DNA of 64,000 bases from an uncultured bacterium (GTDB lineage: Bacteria; Acidobacteriota; HRBIN11; JAKEFK01). The stretch lies in the NCBI GenBank assembly GCA_963777505.1, contig CAVZQN010000004.1, forward strand, positions 672,001 through 736,000, read 5' to 3'. Positions within the stretch are counted from its first letter, which is position 1, and every line of letters starts with the position of its first letter. The notes below the pieces were generated by a model that searched no databases, was not told where the DNA came from, and saw only the letters and a program-made list of their open reading frames with translations. The position numbers were made by a program, and so were the translations under genes. This document shows, in pieces, positions 49,008 to 58,970 of the stretch.

Positions 49008-52000
49008 TTAGTTCACCGCAATGTTGCCAAACGAACCAGTCGTATCTCTTACTTGATAACCGACGGTTCCAGTTTGCACACTGGCTCCCGAATTCATCGT
49101 AATAACCAGCACTCCGTCTATTCGAACTTCAAATTGAGTGCCGGTGAAAGTGATCTGTACATCGTAAAATTGATTCGCATTAATCGGCAGGATCGCTTTT
49201 TGCTTTGCAACAACTCTATTATTCGCTCGCTGCTTCAGGATCCATCTGCCCTTTTCTTGATTCATCTGCAATTCAAGCTTGTTTCCTTTATTAAAATACC
49301 AAGCTAGAAACCAAAGTTTGTTTCCTGTTCCACCTGCTGATCGCATTGTGGTTTGAACTGTACAGTTGATGCACCCGTCAAAAGCTGGGGAGGCTATTGC
49401 GACTGCCTTTTTACCGGTCGGGACTCCGACAAGATTGTCACCGTCTTCACTCCATGTTTGTTTGAGGGTCCAATCTGTGGGAGGAATTCCATCTTCAAAA
49501 TCGTCACAGAACAAACAGGTAGAAGAGTTAATTGTGATTGAATATGATCGAGTTCCAGTGCAGTCGTTGCTATCGGTTGCGGTCACACTGAAGTTTGATG
49601 TGCCTGATGAGCCAGGTGTTCCGGATAATACGCCGGCTGAACTCAATGTCAGTCCTGTTGGAAGTGCGCCGCTTGTAATCGCAAAAGAGTAAGGTGCAGT
49701 ACCGCCTGACGCAGTAATCGTCTGGTTGTATGCGGTGCCTTGTGTGCCTGATGGCAGGCTTGATGGGGAAAGATTAATCGTGGGACAGGAAGTGCTTAAA
49801 CAATAATCGATCGCTTTTTGAAGCACTTCACGCCGCTTTGCCTGAGTTGGAATCGCTTCAAATGGGAAACCTAGAAATACTGTGCGATACGTACCCGAAT
49901 CGCGGCTGATTGCGGCATTTCCTTGATTTCCACTGAATGCAACCTGCGCTCCAATCGATGTGTTAGGAACAACACGGTCACTCAAATTGCTTAAGCCTGC
50001 TGGATACTGCAAAGTGAGACTTCCAACACCGTTGAAGATTCCATTCGCAGTTACATTTGTCATGTTTACGTTATTGTTCATGCTTTGTACGCCCAAAACA
50101 CCCGACATGAACGGGCTGACCACTCCGCCGCGATCGGAGAAGTATTCTTCGCTTGAAAGGAAGAAACATCCACCGGCATTGAGATATTGGCTTAATGATG
50201 TTTCAGCGCTTTCACTTGGACCTGCTTTCGGATTTGCAGATCCGCCTGATGAATCACCGGAGAACCACACAACCATTTGATAATTTGACATGGTCGCTGC
50301 ATCGGGCTCATCAGCATGCTGTGGGCTATTTGTAACTTCCTGAGTAGAAGTATCCCAAACGTCGAATGTTTGTCCTGCAAAACTGACTGCGTCTTGATAA
50401 TAACTCAACACATTTGGAGCGTTATTGTCATCATCAACCAGCAGAATGTTTGCCGGAGCTGCAGTAGTGAATGTAAAAACAGCAGACCACGCGCTGGCAC
50501 CACATGCATTGTTTGTGCGGGTTCGCCACCAATATTGCGTAACTGGATCGAGCGTCAAAATTCCAGTGTGATGGTCCGAAGCTTCCGTTACGGAATAAAT
50601 AACATTGTTGAAGTTAGAATCTGTGGCGACTTCCAAATCGTAACTGCTGGCGCCTGCAACAGGATTCCATTCGTAGTGAACGACGAATGTTTCATCGATT
50701 GAATTATTCGGTGGATGCAAAAGTGTTGGAGCTGACAAAACAGAGGAGGCAACATTTAATGTAAGCGGTGAAGTATGCGTTATAGTCCCATCTGTTCCTT
50801 GCACATCAAATGGGTAATTTCCCGGTGGGGTTCCAGAAAGATTCACAGTAAGTAAACTATTTCCAGGAACAGAAACCGGATTCGGTAAAAATCCTGCCGT
50901 TGCTCCACTCGGTAAATTCAACGCGCTCAAAGTAACGTTTCCTGTATATCCGAAGCGGGGAGTTACATCGATTGTTGTTTCACCTGAACCCGTCCCACAT
51001 GCATTCACAATCGGATCCTCTGCGCCTACTAGAAAATCTGGTGCTAACGTAGGCTGCAGAATGAATAACCCGGCAACATTTGCCGGATTCGGGTTGGGTG
51101 GATTAAAGATACCGCTAACTAAGACGACTCCGCTTGGCAAAAATGGATAGTTATCCCATGAGCCTTCAAATTCAGGACTATCTGGATTTTCCGCGTACGG
51201 CCAGACATCAAAGAAAGCAACTTCACTAAGCTGCCCGGTCGAAACATTTGTAAGATCCATAATCCGCAGTCCCGCTTCATAATTCGATTCATAAGCAAAA
51301 TTGTCTTTAATATACAGATTGTGATCGATTGCATCCGTTTGATGTACGTAATTATCAATTAAGAAGGGCGCATTGAGATCGGAAATATTCCAAACGTAGG
51401 TTGTCGTATTTGTATCAAATTGACCTTCATCAAGTTCATCGTTCAGCAAGAGATACGTATGATCTTCAGTGAGCCAAACCTGATGTGGGTATGATGCGCC
51501 CGGATATCCAGTAGCTGAAAGCTGAACAGGTGCGCTCTTATTTGTTACATCTGAGATCACTATCTGTTGAGTAGGGCCATTCGCTGCAAAACAAACTTCT
51601 TTGCCATCATATGTATTATCGGGACCATCATACGTTACGCACGTTACTTCATGTGTATACGTTGGACTGCCAAAACATCCGGCAAACGTAGGGACAAGAT
51701 TTTGAACATTAATCATATGGAGTCCACTCGGACAGGGATTTCCACCTGAGCTTGAGCCAACTGCATATAAGAAGCCTGTATCCTGGTTGATGAAGATCGT
51801 GTGTGAAAGACTGAGACCGTTATAGTGAGCATCATTTGTAAAAGTCTGCGGAGTGGTAACACCGCGAAGACGCGTCAAATCAAAAACCTGAATGCCGTGA
51901 TTGCTGCAACTAACATCACAGCCGACGTATGCGCGATTATTGTAGACTCTTACATCCCGCCAGAGAGAATTTGTTGTCTGCGTTGGAAGTCGTCCCAGAT

Positions 52001-52349
52001 AAATCGGATTCAGCGGATCAGTGACATTCAGAAACGAAACGCCATTTGCGCAACCCATTAAGGCATATTCTTTTTCGTCCAATGGATCGACCCATCCTTC
52101 GACAACATTGCCATTGCCTGTACATCCCATACTTGCAATCGGCACAAATGAAAGTAAATCAATTTTGTTACAGGGATACGGTCCTGCCATCCCGGATACG
52201 CAAGGCGTGAAAGTCATCAAACTTCCCGGATTAACGTTCCGGTTGGTCTGATCTGGAATCTTTGCATCGATACTAATTGCAAAAAGGTTTGTTTGAAATA
52301 GCGGAATTAGAAGGAGTGCCAGGAAAATTCGCACCACTGTACAGTTCAT
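49008..52349 (-). CDS. Choice-of-anchor B family secreted protein (LVIVD-type propeller, FN3-like, He_PIG Ig domain, shared C-terminal domain)
   Basis: GPYPCNKIDLLS, WRDVRVY, YPHQVWL, DELDE, IDHNLY; LPSGTQGTAYNQTITASGG (He_PIG); tail CLFCDDFEDG. Confidence 0.85.
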   Translation of the reverse strand: MNCTVVRIFLALLLIPLFQTNLFAISIDAKIPDQTNRNVNPGSLMTFTPCVSGMAGPYPCNKIDLLSFVPIASMGCTGNGNVVEGWVDPLDEKEYALMGCANGVSFLNVTDPLNPIYLGRLPTQTTNSLWRDVRVYNNRAYVGCDVSCSNHGIQVFDLTRLRGVTTPQTFTNDAHYNGLSLSHTIFINQDTGFLYAVGSSSGGNPCPSGLHMINVQNLVPTFAGCFGSPTYTHEVTCVTYDGPDNTYDGKEVCFAANGPTQQIVISDVTNKSAPVQLSATGYPGASYPHQVWLTEDHTYLLLNDELDEGQFDTNTTTYVWNISDLNAPFLIDNYVHQTDAIDHNLYIKDNFAYESNYEAGLRIMDLTNVSTGQLSEVAFFDVWPYAENPDSPEFEGSWDNYPFLPSGVVLVSGIFNPPNPNPANVAGLFILQPTLAPDFLVGAEDPIVNACGTGSGETTIDVTPRFGYTGNVTLSALNLPSGATAGFLPNPVSVPGNSLLTVNLSGTPPGNYPFDVQGTDGTITHTSPLTLNVASSVLSAPTLLHPPNNSIDETFVVHYEWNPVAGASSYDLEVATDSNFNNVIYSVTEASDHHTGILTLDPVTQYWWRTRTNNACGASAWSAVFTFTTAAPANILLVDDDNNAPNVLSYYQDAVSFAGQTFDVWDTSTQEVTNSPQHADEPDAATMSNYQMVVWFSGDSSGGSANPKAGPSESAETSLSQYLNAGGCFFLSSEEYFSDRGGVVSPFMSGVLGVQSMNNNVNMTNVTANGIFNGVGSLTLQYPAGLSNLSDRVVPNTSIGAQVAFSGNQGNAAISRDSGTYRTVFLGFPFEAIPTQAKRREVLQKAIDYCLSTSCPTINLSPSSLPSGTQGTAYNQTITASGGTAPYSFAITSGALPTGLTLSSAGVLSGTPGSSGTSNFSVTATDSNDCTGTRSYSITINSSTCLFCDDFEDGIPPTDWTLKQTWSEDGDNLVGVPTGKKAVAIASPAFDGCINCTVQTTMRSAGGTGNKLWFLAWYFNKGNKLELQMNQEKGRWILKQRANNRVVAKQKAILPINANQFYDVQITFTGTQFEVRIDGVLVITMNSGASVQTGTVGYQVRDTTGSFGNIAVN

Positions 52350-52453
52350 TGAGTCTCCCTAAATACGAATGATGAGTGTTGTTTACAGTGAATGGTCGCA
52401 GTGACTGTACTTTGATACTACGATCTGATCGACCTGTCAATTAATGTAAGTTC

Positions 52454-52478
52454 GGAGGGGCGGGTCTTAGACCCGCCC
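52454..52478. repeat. REP-like hairpin
   Basis: GGAGGGGCGGGTCTTAGACCCGCCC. Confidence 0.7.
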
Positions 52479-52489
52479 GCATTATATTT

Positions 52490-53734
52490 TCACAGATAAT
52501 TCAACAACGGAAACTGTCCACCGACTGCTTGCGCAGGATCGGCATCTAAAAACTTTGCTATCGCCGTTGCATAGACAGATCGAAAATCGGTATGTACATC
52601 AAGATTGCCATCAAAAACAAGGCTGGCATCATCTAATCTTGGATAACTTCCATAGACTCCTGGTTTTACTGAGTTACCCACCGCGAATGCGAGTGATGCA
52701 TAACCGTGATCCGTTCCTGCATCGTTATTTGCATACACACGTCTCCCGAATTCTGAAATTGTCAGGATGAGAACTTTATCCGCGAGACCGTGTGCATCCA
52801 GATCCTGGTAGAAAGCTGAGATAGATCCACTGAGATCTGCCATTAAGTTATCGTGCGGACCAAGTTGGCCAAAGTGTGTATCAAAATCTCCAAAGCCAAG
52901 TCCAATCGCACGCACGCCAAGATCAGCCCAAATCATTTGTGCACTTTGCAGCAATTGATAACCGAGATAACTGTCCACAGGATATTGCGCCATAGGCTGG
53001 TATCCGCTAATTTTGCTTTGAATCACTGCCGATTGTTCTAAGGATTCAACTCTCATTTTGCGGTTGGTTTCTGCAACTATGCTTCCGTTGTATGGCGATT
53101 TCATTATGTTTTTGTAGCCGGCTTTCCTGGCATTTTCATCAAAGCTGTATTTCAATTGAAATTCATCGAGAGTGGAAATACTAACCGGTGTTTTCTTATT
53201 ACCGGTTAGAATTAATTTGCCGCCGCCGAGATCGACTCCTGGGGATATTTGTTGTTCTGGGACTTGATCCAAGAATCGGCCGAGCCAACCGGTTGGCTTT
53301 TTTGAAGTGTCATAAAGAATGTCGCAGGATTGAAATTCATATTGTCCTGCTGCGTGATCGAAAAGACCGCGCGCATTTTTTGGAACTCCAACGCCATTAA
53401 TCACCGCAACCTTATTTTGTGTATAGAGATCATGGAGCTGACTTAATCGAGGATGAAAGCCAAGATCTGTTGCATTGGGTAACGCAAGAACAGATGCGCG
53501 ATCCACCGCAAGCGATGGCCGCAGAGACCGGTAACGGTCATATTGATCTAACGGAATCACTGTATTCAGACCGTCATTTCCGCCGAAAAGATTGATGACC
53601 ACAATTACGTTTTTGGTAGCATCTGGTGCAGCAACCTTCGCATGCACTACTGGATCAATCCACGAGTTTGTCAATCCAATGCCAACCGCTGCAGCGGCTG
53701 AACCTTTTAAAAATTCGCGTCTATTGATTGTCAT
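52490..53734 (-). CDS. DUF1501 family Tat-exported protein; start moved to ATG 53734
   Basis: INRREFLK twin-arginine motif, GGNDGLNTVIP, FDTH, SEFGRR, GTDHG; GGAGGA RBS. Confidence 0.9.
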   Translation of the reverse strand: MTINRREFLKGSAAAAVGIGLTNSWIDPVVHAKVAAPDATKNVIVVINLFGGNDGLNTVIPLDQYDRYRSLRPSLAVDRASVLALPNATDLGFHPRLSQLHDLYTQNKVAVINGVGVPKNARGLFDHAAGQYEFQSCDILYDTSKKPTGWLGRFLDQVPEQQISPGVDLGGGKLILTGNKKTPVSISTLDEFQLKYSFDENARKAGYKNIMKSPYNGSIVAETNRKMRVESLEQSAVIQSKISGYQPMAQYPVDSYLGYQLLQSAQMIWADLGVRAIGLGFGDFDTHFGQLGPHDNLMADLSGSISAFYQDLDAHGLADKVLILTISEFGRRVYANNDAGTDHGYASLAFAVGNSVKPGVYGSYPRLDDASLVFDGNLDVHTDFRSVYATAIAKFLDADPAQAVGGQFPLLNYL

Positions 53735-53744
53735 AATTCCTCCG

Positions 53745-55379
53745 TTAGTTCCGCTGATAATCAGGAGAGCAGAGCACGAGCCAAATAGCTCCGCGCACTT
53801 TCTCATCGTTAACCTGCCCTTTCAAATACGAAATTACTTTCGATCTCAAAGCAGGATCGGGTGGGGCTGTGAGCAACGCATCAATAATGAAATCCGTTGC
53901 CTCACCCGGTGTTAGCGTTCTACTTGGAAGAAAAGTATCAACATCAAAAGCTGTATCACCTGCGTTTGCAACAATGTCATCCGCTACACGATCACGAATA
54001 GTAACAAGCGCAGTATTGATCAGCTGTCCTTTATTGCCAGGCGGATAAAAACTGAATACGCTCGGAGGGTAGTAAATGAGTTGTTCTGCTGCGTAACTCC
54101 AATAAATCAAATTGTCGCCCTGGGTTCTGGCTCCTAATGAACGTAACGCACCGACAAAATGTTCAATCGGCTCTTTATACTGTGTACGAACGACAGCAGG
54201 ACTGTAAAACTCACTGTCCATCAAAATTGCACGAACGGTCGATCGTATATTTCCACCTGTTTGTTGAAACACGCGAGCAACTCTTTCGACATATGCAGGT
54301 GATGGAGTTTCAGTCGCCAGTTTCTGAATCAAAATTTTACTGATAAACGGCGGCATCGATGGCTGCCTCATCACAATATCAACTACATCATTGATTTCTG
54401 AAGCTCCATTGGGACCACTTCTGCCATTTATATTTACACCTAAAATCGTTTTCTTTCCGGAATCATGAAGGTCTGCGGCGAATTGCGATTTCCGTCCGGC
54501 ACGATAATTCACATACCAGCCTGTTAATGCGCGTGAAACTTCTTTTACGTCTTTTTCGGTATATGTAGGATGCGGCAGCCCTTTGCTGTCTTTTTGAACG
54601 GTACCATCCATGTTGAGGCGGTCTATGCCAAGTGCAAACAATTGCAGAAATTCGCGGGCATAATTTTCGTTGGGTGGAATCTTTTTGCCATTATCATCAT
54701 AGGCATTTCCGTTATTGAAATTATTATCAAGAAAAACAAGCATCGCTTGATCTTTTGTAATTTCAATTAATAAATCGCGAAAATTGCCAAGTGAATTTTT
54801 TCGTAGCGTTTCTTCATATTGATGCATGAAGCCGCCTACGCCTACTTTAAATTCCGAAGCGGCGAAATGTTCATGCCAGATCAAAGTCATTTTTTCCTGT
54901 AATTGTCTCCGGCTATAAACCATTCGCGTATGCCATCGTTTAATCCACTCATAATCGGAATAAAAATCACGCGGCGGTGAAGGAAGTTTACTGTTTGCCG
55001 CTGAATCATCGATCTTGCTTGGATTTAATTGCAGCTCAATATACGCAGGAATTCCCATAGAGAGAACTGCGTTTAACTCTTGCGGATTGGGTCCGAATCC
55101 GAGGCGTCTTAAAACATGTCCGGCAAGTAATTTATCTTCAGCATAGTTTTGAGCATTGAGTTGTTGCACACTCAATTGAATGCCTGAGTTACCACTTGGG
55201 ACTTGAATAAAACCCGGTGGACGGCGTGTCAATAGATTGCGTGCTTGCATCCATTCACGGGCTTTGATTTGCGTTTTTGTTTCCGCATTTAGAAAGTCTT
55301 GTTGCAGGAAGAACAATGCAACGAATATGAAAATGCGGCAGAGAAATACCCGGAGTTTTGAGGCTGGGCTCTGAGTCAT
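53745..55379 (-). CDS. DUF1800 family protein
   Basis: LQEKMTLIWHEHF, AMLVFLDN, PNENYARE, RALTGW; upstream of DUF1501. Confidence 0.9.
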   Translation of the reverse strand: MTQSPASKLRVFLCRIFIFVALFFLQQDFLNAETKTQIKAREWMQARNLLTRRPPGFIQVPSGNSGIQLSVQQLNAQNYAEDKLLAGHVLRRLGFGPNPQELNAVLSMGIPAYIELQLNPSKIDDSAANSKLPSPPRDFYSDYEWIKRWHTRMVYSRRQLQEKMTLIWHEHFAASEFKVGVGGFMHQYEETLRKNSLGNFRDLLIEITKDQAMLVFLDNNFNNGNAYDDNGKKIPPNENYAREFLQLFALGIDRLNMDGTVQKDSKGLPHPTYTEKDVKEVSRALTGWYVNYRAGRKSQFAADLHDSGKKTILGVNINGRSGPNGASEINDVVDIVMRQPSMPPFISKILIQKLATETPSPAYVERVARVFQQTGGNIRSTVRAILMDSEFYSPAVVRTQYKEPIEHFVGALRSLGARTQGDNLIYWSYAAEQLIYYPPSVFSFYPPGNKGQLINTALVTIRDRVADDIVANAGDTAFDVDTFLPSRTLTPGEATDFIIDALLTAPPDPALRSKVISYLKGQVNDEKVRGAIWLVLCSPDYQRN

Positions 55380-55627
55380 GCCTGCTCCTTCTTGAAAAAT
55401 GGTTATAGAGGGGCTCGCTTGTATTTAAGAATCGTATATGAAGTGTGAACTGTCAAATAATTTTATGAACCCGAATTTCATCATATGATACGAAACCCGA
55501 AATATGGATGTCTCCGGAATGAGATAAAAATCAAATGCTTGTCACAGAAATGATTCACAGCAAATGATTTTGTCGTCAGAGAGAAAGAAAAAAATTTGGC
55601 TTATGCTTTGCACCAACAAATCTCGAA

Positions 55628-56842
55628 ATGCGAATTTCGTCTGAGGGGTCGATTTCTGTTTCAGCAATGGCTTTTCCCTGTGAGGTGCAACCGGAGGGAC
55701 GGCCACGCATCTTGTATTATTCCCCATCATCGGGTTGGGGCCCGGTGAATCGGCAAACGATGCTGGCTCATGCTATTTGTCATGAACTCCCCGGGGCTGC
55801 GGTTCTATGGATTGGAGAGATATGCCAGGGATCGATGTCTACTCTTCCGCCAGGCGTCGAGTACCTGGCTTTACCGAAATTTGCCAGCTCCGGTGAGCTT
55901 CGCCGATTTCCGCTGCCGGAGCTGGCGGATCTCAGACGCAAAATCTTATTTAGTTCGGTTCAAACATTTAACCCGCACATTCTACTTGTAGAACAAAATT
56001 CCAATCTGGAATCAGGTGAGCTGGATCAAACTTTAGAGTGGTGCATGAAGAATGAACGCCGCATCATTCTGATCTTAAAAGATACAATTCCCGATCCAGG
56101 CTCACGTCAGTATTTGGAACATGTAATCAGAAATACATATGACTTTGCCTGGGTGTTGGGTGATGGAGCAATTCTCAATTGGGTGCGCGAATATGGTCTT
56201 TCGTTAGATCTGATTCAAAAACTTCGATACGTTGGATATTTAGATCATCGTGTACGATCACAATGGTTTGAACAAGAAGGAAGTCACGGTCTGGATGTTT
56301 TGGGATTACCGCCCGGACATCTGGTTGTATGTCTTGCTGGAGAAGGGAAGGCAGGTGAAACATTGGCGGAAGCATTTTCGCAAGTTCATCTGCCTCCAAA
56401 AACAAATGGAATCATAATTTGTGGAACTCGATTTAATGTTTCACTCAGACAAAAACTTCAACGTCGTCTCGCAGGATATCCACGTTTGCGTCTCATTGAA
56501 GTCAGTCATGATTACGCATGGATTCTTTCAGCAGCACAAAAGATTGTAGCGTTGGGATCTTATGATAGGGTTTCCGAGATCTTATCTTTTGAAAAAAAAG
56601 GATTCATTATTTTAAACAATCCAACCGCTTCAGATACTGCTCGCGCTAAAATTTTTCAAAAATTGAATCTTTTAGAATTTTTATCTACAGACTGCATCAG
56701 TCCTGCCCCTTTAACCAGCTGGCTTGCTAAGGAGGTTTCCCAAAATTCGAATGTAAAACATGCAGTCAGTTTGAATGCTCTGAAACTTCTTCCAGGTTTG
56801 CTGAAAGAAGCGCTAACAACCGCAAAACCCTCCATCGCATAA
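55628..56842 (+). CDS. COG4671/GT28-like glycosyltransferase homolog, divergent (start uncertain)
   Basis: RPRILYYS, GVEYLALP, YVGYL, GSYD.VSEILS; overall GT-B layout. Confidence 0.7.
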   Translation: MRISSEGSISVSAMAFPCEVQPEGRPRILYYSPSSGWGPVNRQTMLAHAICHELPGAAVLWIGEICQGSMSTLPPGVEYLALPKFASSGELRRFPLPELADLRRKILFSSVQTFNPHILLVEQNSNLESGELDQTLEWCMKNERRIILILKDTIPDPGSRQYLEHVIRNTYDFAWVLGDGAILNWVREYGLSLDLIQKLRYVGYLDHRVRSQWFEQEGSHGLDVLGLPPGHLVVCLAGEGKAGETLAEAFSQVHLPPKTNGIIICGTRFNVSLRQKLQRRLAGYPRLRLIEVSHDYAWILSAAQKIVALGSYDRVSEILSFEKKGFIILNNPTASDTARAKIFQKLNLLEFLSTDCISPAPLTSWLAKEVSQNSNVKHAVSLNALKLLPGLLKEALTTAKPSIA

Positions 56843-56883
56843 TGATTGTCAAACAATCGGATTTATTACAAGCTGTAGTACTA

Positions 56884-56912
56884 TTGACAACTCTATGTAC
56901 CAGTAATATGAT
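56884..56912 (+). promoter_or_regulatory. sigma70-type promoter
   Basis: TTGACA-17 nt-TATGAT, 9 nt before ATG 56922. Confidence 0.65.
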
Positions 56913-56921
56913 TTCAATGGT

Positions 56922-57989
56922 ATGGAGATGATCGAGCCAGAGGTGGCTCAGGGGAGCAATCCCGAGGGCCCTAAAAAGAACATTTTCGAGCGATTTTCAT
57001 TCATCTTTAATACAGGCTTTTCCGAAATAAAGCGGAAAGGATCTGTTACCCGCCTCAACTACGAAATTAAAGGACTTGAAAGGGAAAAAGAAAAATTTAT
57101 TCAGGTGCTTGGAACACGGGCATGGGAAGCGCATGTAGAACATCCTGATTTCGCGGGAATAGTAGTCAATTTGAAAGAACTTCAAATTGAAATTAACCGT
57201 TTGGAAACCCAGTTCGGTGAGCACGATACGCAGATTGAAGATATAGAAACTGCTAAAGCTGACCTTACAGAGAAGTTCAACCAAAATTTGGATCAGATTG
57301 ATCAGCAGATTGTGCCACACCGGCAAAAAATCGAGACAATCAATGCAGAAAAAGAAGACAACAAGATCCAAATTGAAGAGCTTCGATCAAAACAGGATTA
57401 TCTTTCTCAACAAGTGCGAGTCCACCAAAAGAACATACAGGAATTGGATTTGGGGACTGATGTTGAAAAGACATCGAAGATTGACCTGGAAAAGGGAGCC
57501 ATTCGTAATATTTTCCTGGAGAAATCCGAGATAGAATGCAAAATTCCTTTTTTAATGTCCAGAATTGAAAAGTTGAAAATCTCACTGGGTCAAGAAACCG
57601 CTGAGATTTCACGCCTTGAGGGGGAAAAGGATACCGCCAAAAGAGATTTTGAACACCGTATGAAGGATTACAACAATCAGATCCATTTACTAGAAGATCG
57701 TAAGAAACAGATTGTGAAACAAAAAGAGCAACTTAAAAAGGAAATGGATCCATATTTGTACGATCTTGGCAGAAAAGTGGATCAGCTTCGCTTAAATGAA
57801 GAGAGTTTTGATACGGTGTTATCAGAGATGGATGAGTTGAATACTTCTGTCGAGTTGCGGCGAAAACAAATCATCGAAGCTGAATCATTATCACGTGCGA
57901 TGGATCGCAATGCCTGGATGAATTTTCTAGTGTTCTCAGGCAGTTTTGTAGCGATCATCATCAGTCTGATTTTCGTCTTACTTCGCTAG
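56922..57989 (+). CDS. Long coiled-coil protein with C-terminal TM anchor
   Basis: Heptad-like E/K/L/I composition over ~290 aa; terminal hydrophobic helix. Confidence 0.75.
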   Translation: MEMIEPEVAQGSNPEGPKKNIFERFSFIFNTGFSEIKRKGSVTRLNYEIKGLEREKEKFIQVLGTRAWEAHVEHPDFAGIVVNLKELQIEINRLETQFGEHDTQIEDIETAKADLTEKFNQNLDQIDQQIVPHRQKIETINAEKEDNKIQIEELRSKQDYLSQQVRVHQKNIQELDLGTDVEKTSKIDLEKGAIRNIFLEKSEIECKIPFLMSRIEKLKISLGQETAEISRLEGEKDTAKRDFEHRMKDYNNQIHLLEDRKKQIVKQKEQLKKEMDPYLYDLGRKVDQLRLNEESFDTVLSEMDELNTSVELRRKQIIEAESLSRAMDRNAWMNFLVFSGSFVAIIISLIFVLLR

Positions 57990-58870
57990 CTTTTGGTCTT
58001 TGTGGTTAGTCGAATCGACAAAGCCACTGGTGGCCTCACTTTAAATTTAGCTGCAAAATCACCTTGATTAATTGCAAGCCCTATCCTTCCGCGAGAATCA
58101 ACATAAAGAAGTGTACCGCCAGTTGGAACATCACTGAATGTTTTTACAAAAGGAACGTCGAGTACTTGTTCGCCAATCGAGACTGAAACGACTTCGTGAT
58201 CTTTAACCCCAAGCTGACGGAACATCTCGCCTGGAACATTGCTAATCAAGTTTCCAAAGGGACCATCGAGACCAATTATTTCACCTTCAATCTTGTTGCC
58301 AACAACTCGTGGGACTTGGAGTCTCAGTCGAACAAGATCTGTAACTGCCGGCCCGGCTTCACCCCAATTTTTTCCAGATGCAAGATAGGCTGCGGCAGGC
58401 GCAAAAATGTCGCGGCCATGAAATGTGGAAGAAAATGAATCCCCCAATGTCCACTCTCTATTTCTGATTTCATGGGCCTCTTCGACACCTTCCTGATCTT
58501 GAACCAGAGTGATTAATCCGTTGTCCGGTAAAACAAAGAAGTGACCTTTTTTGGATTTTACGATCACTGGCTTTCGGGTGCTGCCTACGCCGGGATCAAC
58601 AACTGCCAAAAATACGGTACCGGGAGCATAATAGGTGGCAGTTCCTGCCAGAAATCGCGCAGCATCCTGAATTGAATAGGGGTTCACCTGATGCGTTAAA
58701 TCGATGATCAAAGCTTCAGGCAAAATCTTGTAGATAACTCCTTTACAAATGGCGACAGAATCATCCGATGTTCCGAAATCTGACATAAATACAATCGTTG
58801 GACGCGCAGCAAAAGCGGGATTTGCGATTGCGGAAGTAAACAAAAGCAGAACGAATATTCGTTTTAACAT
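57986..58870 (-). CDS. SAM hydroxide adenosyltransferase / halogenase family (DUF62) with signal peptide; start moved to ATG 58870
   Basis: FMSDFG, VVDPGVGS.R, PDNGL, STFHGRDIF, FGNLISN, AINQG. Confidence 0.9.
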   Translation of the reverse strand: MLKRIFVLLLFTSAIANPAFAARPTIVFMSDFGTSDDSVAICKGVIYKILPEALIIDLTHQVNPYSIQDAARFLAGTATYYAPGTVFLAVVDPGVGSTRKPVIVKSKKGHFFVLPDNGLITLVQDQEGVEEAHEIRNREWTLGDSFSSTFHGRDIFAPAAAYLASGKNWGEAGPAVTDLVRLRLQVPRVVGNKIEGEIIGLDGPFGNLISNVPGEMFRQLGVKDHEVVSVSIGEQVLDVPFVKTFSDVPTGGTLLYVDSRGRIGLAINQGDFAAKFKVRPPVALSIRLTTKTKS

Positions 58871-58970
58871 TTTTTCAATAGTGCCAAAGAATAATATCAT
58901 GGCATGAAGCGCACTTTATTCTTGACGAAATGTTTTGGTGGGTCAAACCCACATACAATCGGAGGTAAAT

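Noticed and set aside
56845-56890. TTGTCAA..TTGACAA inverted pair as a divergent promoter
   Set aside because: The - strand TTGACA has no -10 element at 16-18 nt
57986-58870. True fluorinase or chlorinase
   Set aside because: Retains the hydrolase DPGVG/TFHGRD residues and lacks the fluorinase-specific loop insertion
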